A stretch of DNA of 64,000 nt from Chlorokybus atmophyticus (lineage: Eukaryota > Plantae > Mesostigma and Chlorokybus algae). Position 1 is the stretch's first letter. Each line of letters starts with the position of its first letter. The translations under genes and the position numbers were made by a program. The stretch covers positions 86,003 through 150,002 of the forward strand of contig RHPI01000773.1 in NCBI GenBank assembly GCA_009103225.1. Direction: 5' to 3'. The notes beneath the pieces were generated by a model. The model had not been told where the DNA came from, did not search any database, and saw nothing but the letters and a program-made list of their open reading frames with translations. Positions 55,319 to 64,000 of this stretch are shown here, piece after piece.

Positions 55319-56650
55319 CAGCCGGCGTGCATGCCATTGGCATTGACAAACAGCTGTCACGTCTCAGCCCATCTCTCTCGCTGAGCTTAGCATACTGCCT
55401 GAGGCAGAACGAGGGCAAGTGGCAGGGTAATTCAAGGGTTGCCGCTGCTGGTGAGGCGAGGCGAGGCAAGACGGCTGCGCGTTTCCCCATCCATCATCGT
55501 CCAGCGTTGCTGAGCCTCTGCGCTCTGCTCAGGTCAGGCAGGCTGCCCTGCCTTCCTTGCTTGGGGCTTTGCCATCTGTTGCCATATATTGTCGTTCAGT
55601 CAGCGGTACAAGCATGATCCATGCATGCAGTCCTTAGTCCGTAACCTGTGCATGCATGATTCATGCAGGAGTGCATGCATGAGGGAGGTTGCGAGAGGGG
55701 CGCTGCGCCCCTTGTATGAATACCTTCCCTCCCACTCCACAAGCTAGATAGGCCCATAGCACCACTCACTTAGGCCCATGCACAGCATCATACTCTGTCC
55801 CTCACGCAGATGGCATTCGCCCGGGCAGTCTACAGCTCAACTGCCCTGGCACGTGCTGCGCAGCAGCTGCGGAGCATCATGCAGCTGATAGCACCCCGAC
55901 GCAGAGGATGCTTCACGCAGCTGCGCACAAGCAAGCCTCTCCCAACCATTAGCACGCCAATGCCAAAGCTTACCATGGTATACACGAAGGTGCTCCCACG
56001 CCTCCTCGCCACCTCCGCTTCCAATCAACCGCAAGGCGACGGTGACCGTGCTGAGGATGCCGATGCTGATGATTATGAAGTTGGTAAGCTTTGCATGGTG
56101 TGGGAGTCATTATATTCAGTCACTCTATCTGCTTCGTGTTTTGCTTCAAATGCTCAATCGCTCAAACACTACTTGGGTTGGCTTGATACCTCCCTCGTGC
56201 AGCCACATTGCACCTGTATGTCACATGACAAGTCCGAGGTCAACAGTTCCTATACGTTGCTTTCTCTGGTGAAAGCTGCTTTAGGTAAAGCGTGGTCCAC
56301 CCAAGCTACAGTAGCTGAGCATAGTGTCCAGTAAGAGACGCTTTGTGTTGCATGTACTGTCATCGGTGCCAACAATCACCTTCCGCTCTGTTAGTTACCT
56401 ATACCGGTAGCATACCTTTCTCACACCCACTATGCGCAGTGTTGGCAGGGAAGGAATATGCCGACTGGCTCCAGCTGGAGCCTCTTTACGAACCTGAGAA
56501 AGTCCACCTCAGGTTCATCTGGAAGAGTGAGCTTGAGTCCGAGCTCGCATGCGTGGCTTCCGATGTCAGCATGGACAGCTCGCTGCAGCAGCGCATCCTG
56601 CTGAATGCGGTAAATGCCGGACGCATTACGAGAGGGACGGCGCGAGATGT
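54410..56650 (+). repeat. Segmental duplication cassette copy 2 (3'-truncated)
   Basis: Collinear similarity to 35.69-37.9 kb and 56.96-59.4 kb. Confidence 0.8.
55810..56650 (+). pseudogene. Truncated copy 2 of the GNAT-like gene
   Basis: Exon 1 is 55810-56083 (MAFARAVYSS...); exon 2 starts at 56449 (GKEYADWLQLEPL...RILLNAVNAGRITRGTARD). Homology stops abruptly at ~56650, where cassette 3 sequence soon follows. Confidence 0.7.
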
Positions 56651-56959
56651 AGTGCACGTGCATCATGTCCAAACGCATGCAACACATCACACGCATGCGT
56701 GTGCAACAGCACGTCATATATATCCAGTACACCACACCACGATTGCAGCATACCCTCTTTTGTACCACACTCACCTCTATACCACATATACGACTGAATG
56801 CGCCGCGGCACAGTCAATCACATGTGAAGGCACGCTGTGACATGCAAATGGCAAAGGCAACGCGTATGTTGCCTACTTGCATGTTTCTGTGCATGAGCAT
56901 ACATATGCCATATTCTATGTGCATACACGAGTTCCGAACCGAATTGTAAGTGTGGCACA

Positions 56960-59900
56960 CTTGTGCGCACATGCGTAGGCACATATCCACCCAATCCTGG
57001 ATGCGTGTCTTCATTATGGTAAAAGGTAACCACCGGCAGAGCGAGGGACACGGGAAGAGGTTTCAGCACCGCAGCGCTTACTACGACTTGCATGACATGA
57101 ATCGCTGGCCTCAAACGCCGCTGCTCCACCTTTATCTCACGTGATGTGGGTCCATGTGGTGTACATCAAATGCAGGTCATGCACATACACAACGTGTAGT
57201 CCAGTCAGCACGCAGCAACACATGCAAGGTGTCGTACAAATGACAATTAGTTGACCACCGGGCTACTACTAGCACGCTAATCTACTGCCTCTACCCCGTT
57301 AGACATGCAGCAGTCAGTATGCAGTTGGTAATCACCTGCCCACATGGGCGTTGGTTAGTTGTTGGCGCTTTCGGTCACGCAGACAGCATGCACATTGGCG
57401 ACCAGAACTCCCCCCCTCCCTCTCTCCCTGGCTCCGCCTCCTTCCTCGCCCTCTGCTAGCGACGCAGCAGGGTTTGCTGGGTTGTGTCGTAGTTGCGTTG
57501 CACTGCCGACGTCAGCAGTGCCTGGTCCAGTGCCCTCCGCACAGGTTGTGCTGTGTTCGGTTCGGGTGCTGGGCTGGTTAGGTGCTCGTTGGGGTTGGGT
57601 GGTGGGGTTGGCAGTACTGATGTCTGCCACAAAGACTGCCAAATGTTACCTCACATCAACCGTGTCCACATGCTTGCGTGCTTGTGTGACACGAAGAGTG
57701 AGTAAGAACTTGACAACACGCAGTGGGAGGGGATAGATAGAGTCTGATATGGAGGGTGCGTGCGAGCGCGACAAGTTACAGGTAGGACAGCAACGTGCAT
57801 AGCATAGCTGCAAGAGCGAAGGAACCTTGCATACGATAGCGGCAACAGAGAGTGAGCGAAGCGACAACGGCATGCTTAGCGTCGCAGACGTATAGACCTA
57901 CTAGCATGGGACAATATGTACAGCCCCTGCCGCCAACCTACCGGCGTTTATCCCAAGGACTTTGACCCGCTGATGGCTGTCGTGCATCCCAAGGGCACTG
58001 ACAGACAGCTGTCACGTCGTGGGCGCAGCTCTCTCTCACTGCCCGGAAGGGGCGGGGGAAGGGCGGGGGGGGTGGGAGACGAGGACTGCGTCGGCGAGGC
58101 GAGGTGTTGCAAGCAACCAGTTTCCATCATTCAGCGCTGCTCAGCCCCCTGCCGCAGGCGGCGTGCTGCTCAAGGCCTCGCCAGCCCCCGGCTCAGGTAG
58201 ACGCGCAGCCGGCCAGGCAGGCTGCCCTGCCTTCCTTGCTCCCAACTCAGGGTTAGAGCGTTGCCATTGGTTGCCGTAGTTGTCGTTCAGTCAGCGGTGC
58301 AAGCATGACCCATGCATGCAGTCCCTAGTAACCTGTGCATGCATGACGCTTACATGCAAGAGTGCTTGCACCAGTTAGGTTGCGAGAGAGGCTGTGCGCC
58401 CAGTACTCAGCGTGTTTTGAGTTGTGGGTGCACAGCCTTTGCTAGTCCACTCAACAACCATCTCTCTCTATAGTATGTCAAACGGTCACAAGGTACAAGA
58501 CTAATAGTTCTCGCAGTACCATTCAGTCAGCCTCGCGCTCGACATATAGCAGCCTCACACGCTCTTCCGCACACAGAAAGCAGACACAACAAATGCTTTG
58601 AGCTATCTGCCCGCAGATGGCGTTCGCCCGCCCTGTCTGCAGCTCCTGTTCCCAGACTTGTGCGGCGCAGAAGCTGCGCAGCATCGTGCAGCCGGTAACA
58701 AGCCGAGGATGCGTTACACATAGCATCAAGCCTTCCGCAAGCAACAACAGGCCTTTGTCAAAGCTTTCCATGCCAAAAAGGAAGGTGCTCTCACGTCTCA
58801 CCAGCACAGTCACCACCTCCTCCGCTTTCAATCAGCCGCAAGGTGACCGTGCTGACGGTGGTAAGCTCTAAGCATGGCTTGGCCCGTCGTTGCTTCAGTC
58901 TCTCTCTTTGCTTCCAGTTTTGCTCACAGTTCTCATGCTCAACCAATGCTTGAACTGGCTTGTTAAAGCTCCCTCTTGCCTCGTTTGATGCCACAAACTT
59001 GTGTTGTTACCCGGAGAGTTCGCAACAACTTCATTATTTCTGTTCTAAAAGTGTAAAAGTGTGCTCAGCTGTTGTGCTACAACAGCTGAGCACAGTTTTG
59101 GGGTGTGACATTGAGGCAGTTTTTGAAGCGCATTTGCTGTTGTCAGGAATCAAATGTCACCTCTCTGCAAACTGGAAATGCTCCTCACTCCTACTATGCG
59201 TGGTGCTGGCAGCTGCAGGGAAGGGTTTTGATCCCGACTGGCTCATTCTGGAGCCTCTTGAAGCCAGCACAATCCCCCACCTCAGGTTTATCAAGAAGAG
59301 CGAGCTAGAGTCCGAGCTCGCATGGCTGGCGTCCGATGTCCGTGTCGTGAGCCGCCTGCTGCAACAGCGTGTGCTGCTGGATGCGGTGAAGGCCGAGCGC
59401 ATCACGCGAGAGAAGGCGTGCAGGCTGTTTGACACAGCATTGGTGTGCACAGGCTGGGTGCACATGGATGACCACAACCTCCTCTGGCATCCAGCACGCC
59501 CGCACACCAGCGACAGTCATGTCTCCTGCACGCTGGCTGTTGGCTTTGCGAGCCAGCTTTCGGTGGAAATCGCCGAAAACTCGTGCGAGCTAGCCATGCT
59601 CATGATGGACATAGATGGGTACAACGACATTGTGGCGCCTGCTTACGTCTCTTTGAACATTTACCACATGATTCCTCTCGAGAAAGCCCCAGAATGGCTG
59701 TTTCGCGATCAGGAAGGCTACTGGAAAATAAATCCGCGCGCCTGACGTGAGCACTGGGTGGTTTTCTTCAACTATGGCAACTGTCATGTCAAGCTGCTAG
59801 TTAGTAGATAACACGCCCTTCCTCCTCTCGAAAGAGCAAGGCCACGTAATGTGCGGGGCTGCCACAGTGTGCGCGTGAGAACTGATGAGCGCTAGGTTGT
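56960..59900 (+). repeat. Segmental duplication cassette copy 3 (contains a homologue of the 501-bp unit at ~57270-57450)
   Basis: 56960-57150 matches 54410-54610; 57700-57890 matches 54800-55035; gene copy at 58617; the 3' flank gctgccacagtgtgc matches 38420. Confidence 0.8.
58617..59745 (+). CDS. Two-exon GNAT-like gene copy 3 (19-aa in-frame deletion relative to copy 1)
   Basis: Exons 58617-58860 and 59219-59745, phase 1. DWLILEPLE...HLRFIKKSELESELAWLASD...DSHVSCTLAVGFAS...IYHM|IPLEKAPEWL. Confidence 0.65.
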
Positions 59901-60806
59901 TGGCGTGATAACCAGTTAAAGCCTTTGTTCAATGATCAAGGTAAAATTCAAGGTGCTCCTTCCGGAAGAGCATGTCACATAATGTACGTGGCTGCCACAA
60001 TGTACAAAAGAAGCGGAAGGGCTGCGCGTTTGAGTGACCAACTGGGCGCTAGGTTGTTGGCCTAACAACCAGTTGAAGCCGTTATTCAATGATAAGGGTG
60101 CAAGTAAAGTTGACGAGAAGGATCAGTGCATTGCATATTGTGAACTACTCCGAATTGCTACAGCATGCAAACCGCACGATATTATAACTTGTGTAGAGTA
60201 ATGCTGAGGTAGTGTCCAGCTACACGGTTTGACCATTGGGAATTGGGAGTGTGCATTGCTATAGACGATCTTGCCAAATTTAGTGAGCTCAGTGAGCTTA
60301 CGCACTACCCGCGCTTGGAGAAGACAAAATGCTATGCGGCATGCATTGGAGGCCTAGGAATGGCATCAAACCGAATGCATACCGTGTGTAATAGCATAAT
60401 CAAGTGAGGCACCTCTCATGTACCATCAATATATGCCACGTAACGCTGAACCAAGTTGTTTTGGTGGCTGAAGGAAGTACGTGTTTTAATCCACACCGAC
60501 TTCACGCTGATGAGAATCTGCACGTCAACAATTCCTACAGAATGACAACCCACTTACCTCGGTGGGCCACAAATGCATCGCATCTGCAATAACAATTGCG
60601 GCTTTCATGTACATGTACATGCTAGCAAACGTTGGATGCAGCTAAACATGCGGGAAGTGAAGAAACACATGCAACTGGTTATGGGTAACAACAGACAGTG
60701 TGCACTATCGAATCCGATTTTTCTAATTGCCTGGACAGCTCCCAACATGAGAGCTGTTTAACTTTACACGTGAGGCGCCCTTCGAGACCCAAATCATGTT
60801 CACAAG

Positions 60807-60859
60807 GTTATTGGGGTAACCCCCAATAACTTATGTTCACAGGGTTGAACCCTGTGAAC
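60807..60859. repeat. Two adjacent perfect hairpins
   Basis: gttattgggg-taac-ccccaataac (60807-60830) and gttcacagggtt-g-aaccctgtgaac (60835-60859). Confidence 0.9.
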
Positions 60860-63800
60860 GGCATGCTTGCCACTCAAGGTGTCGGGATGCGCCATGTGAG
60901 CGCAGTCTAAGTGACTACCTCTCAGAGTCAGATATCGGCCGATCGGTGTCATTTGATGTCATTCAACAAGTTATGGTCGTCGGGGCTACCGTTGTTGGCG
61001 ACCACCATTAGCATGGCATCGCCAACCAATGGCGAAAAAACCTCTGCAGGTGCATCGTCGCGTGCTCTTTTTTCTTAACGCGGGTCGAGGGGCCTGCTGC
61101 TTAGATCCGGGGGTGACTGCAGTACAGTGGCGAGTGTCGTCAATGGAGCGCCGAATCAGATTCAAAGTTCGGCAATTATAAACCCCCCGATTCAGAATAA
61201 ACAGGGCATTCGGCCTCAGGCTTTGCTATTTAATAAGTAAGCAATATGTTTGGTGAATGAATTTGCCACGGAGTGGATACTATGGTTGAAGTTATGATGA
61301 CCGGAATGTTCAGCTAAACATTCTGGTCATCGCAGCTCGAGCGTGCTTTAATTACTCGAAACACTTTAAGCGCCACGAAACGGGGCCATGTACATCAAGT
61401 TTTTTGCCGACGCATATCATCATGCCATTAGAACGATCCTCCACCGAATTGGCCTCCGCGCTTGCGAGCATGGAGGCAAGCAATGCCGACTACGTCAAGG
61501 TGCCTTCAGCTACACCTGCGTGGCATAAAGGCATTGAGCAATAGTTGCGCAACACTTGTGAGCCCCTGCGGCGATGTTGCACGAGGCACGCAAAAGGACG
61601 TTAACAGACGGACAAAGAGAAGACTCCCGCCGCCTCACCTTGTCACACACATGTGGCTGGGCAAAGTTGTGGGGATGAGCGTCATTCAGCTCATTGGCTT
61701 AAACGCTCGTGCCCGCACCATTGAATTTCAAACATTGGCAAGTTGCTACTGCCCAACACGGCGTTAACGGTTATGTGTAAGCAACACTGCCACCACCTTA
61801 ACAACCATGTAGTAAACTAGAGCATCTTTTAGAGAAGTAGAGACAGTTTCAATGAGGGCGAAACAAACAAGTAGTGACATGGATGATAACTGTTGGTTTA
61901 AACACTTGATAGTTACTTGATAAAGACATTACATGCAAGATGCATGTATCCGATAAAGTACAATACACATATGTGATAAATGTGCCATTATATAACATAT
62001 GAATACTCGCTATTGAGTGAGGTAAATCTGCATATGCCATATGCCATGTGCCGCCTATGGATAGTTATTAATTTGCAAGTATGTGCGTCAGCTGCTTGGT
62101 GGTTTAGCGGGCAACCATTATATTATAAGCAACAGTGCCGCTTGAGACTCTCAAGTGACACTAGTTTGCCTTTTGTAACACAATGTTATGACGTCGTAAC
62201 ATTGTCAAGCAAACTTTGCAAATGATGCATCAATTTAATGGGTGTTGCAAATGTAGTCACTCTGATTATAATCAATGCTATGAAGCAATCCAACAGAAGC
62301 TTGGCATGAATAACACTCAAGAAATATTAGCTGGCTAGATCACATAACAACATAATAACTGTGATGGTTATTTTTGCTTATTTGTAACGACTCGGGATAT
62401 GTCAAGCCATGTGCACATCAGGAGAACCACATTTATGCATGAAAGCCGATGATATGGATTTCGATGATGTATCACCGATTCGATAAGCATAAGGTGCAAG
62501 CTACGCAACAATTATGTGCGTCTTGTTTTACTCACGTGTTGATCGATCATTAATAATTTATATACTTGATTCTATTACACGCTTTTTTTACCCAATCGTG
62601 TGACGATTCCACACTTACCTGTTTGCTGAACACTTGGCAAACTTATGCACAAGCACTAGGACTTACAGCACCCCGTAGATGGAAGTCCCTCCAGCCCAAG
62701 ACACTCAGGGAGGAGCCCAAGATGACATAAGCTCACCTCCAGCTCCCAGCGCGCGCACACACGCACGCACGCACGCACGCACACTAGGTGGCACACATGT
62801 GCACGTACATGTAGCACACACACTTACACTGAGTGGTGCACAATCACAGACACACCACCTGCCACATGGGATGGTAGGGAGAGCCCCTTCAACAGCTACT
62901 AGCCAGGCACCCCACACACAAGTGGTAAACTACCAGTGCACACATGATGCCCACTAACAGCTACAACTCAGCTACTTATACCCTTGTTGCTCTCCAACCT
63001 GACACATTAACCAATAGCTCACACGAGCCTTGATAGTGTGCGCTGAAATGTCAGCACATGCTAACATATTCCCTACCTGGAGAATATTAACCCACCTCGG
63101 GAAGATCACCTGTCACATCACTTATACCTCGGGAACATTAAACTTAGCCCTGAGAGTGTATAGACATTAGCTGCCACCAACAGTTACTTACTGCCCACAG
63201 CAAAAATACAATGGCAATCTTTGTCACCATGACATCAACTTGACATTATCTGCCAGTGGCAGTGCACAACTGCTATGGGACTACCATATATGGCAATTCT
63301 TGTCACAACACTGTAACATGAGGCTCCATAGTGGTAGACATTGAACAGCTCTGTGCTAGCGCATATCAATGCCCTGTGTAGTTCTGTGTTCATGAATCCC
63401 AAGGAGACAAGGACGTGTCCGTGTGGTTCGACCTGTCCAGCACTACACGGCTTGACAAGTGATAAGTCCACATGGGCTATGTAATCCACACGAATAGCAC
63501 ACTTTCACACTCTTACCATCAAAGTAAGTAAAAGAGAGTGACTTTTGCCAGTGTTACGGCCTAGCTACTATAGCTGGTCATGTACAGTGTATATATAAGT
63601 TTAACTAGCGAGAGACAAAAGTCTAATAATCCTTGGTTGGATTATCTTGGTTTGTTATACAAGCTTTGAATGCGTGTGTTTGTGTTTGAGCTTTAACACG
63701 AGTGCAATGAATCGCTAATTATAGGCCTGGCTAGTTAGAGAATTTTAATGCATCTAATTAGAAGTGGTTGACTAGGAATGACCCTATTCATGTATGTATG

Positions 63801-64000
63801 GGCGTCTTGAGTAGGAAGATAAAAGCACATGGCTTTGGTATAATGATTTATTAACGCGATGTGGGCTTATGGGGTTAATCGCGTGAAACATCATAGGAAA
63901 AAGCATGTGTAATTATAAGGTTCATTTAGGCCAATCCAAGGCAGCTTATTTGGATCAGTTGACTAGAGCGAAGTAGCCTACCTAGGTTCGCTGATAAGTG

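Noticed and set aside
59880-60100. Diverged ~55-bp duplication (gcgctaggttgttggc...) about 157 bp apart
   Set aside because: Local 3'-flank duplication with no evident function
62679-63489. Short ORFs and splice-like sites near the window end
   Set aside because: No consistent gene model or recognisable motif

Overview
Intron-rich eukaryotic DNA from a green-lineage (Viridiplantae) alga; I found no rRNA, tRNA or CRISPR array. The first ~28 kb is a compact block of recognisable genes: ARC3 (FtsZ-like + MORN), a CRM(YhbY)-HopJ fusion, kinesin-13, PP2A B'', a TPT-family transporter, polyprenol reductase and HRD3/SEL1L. Two of these pairs sit head-to-head with very short gaps. From ~32 kb on the window is a duplication-rich, lineage-specific zone. 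It holds a lamin-tail-domain (LTD) secreted protein gene with frameshifts, three copies of a ~2.2-3 kb cassette carrying a transit-peptide + degenerate GNAT-like gene, a decayed partial LTD-gene copy, long inverted repeats, an 11.5 x 501 bp near-perfect tandem array and assembly gaps. The top candidates for new biology are (1) the CRM-HopJ fusion and (2) a modular secreted family in which different bacterial-like N-terminal domains (Sib-like at 0.6-2.9 kb; LTD at 32.7-35.4 kb) sit on the same Pro-linker/EGF/PAN-like tail with conserved intron positions. Several frameshifts, including one in ARC3, may be assembly errors. All family assignments are from motif recognition by eye, not database searches.
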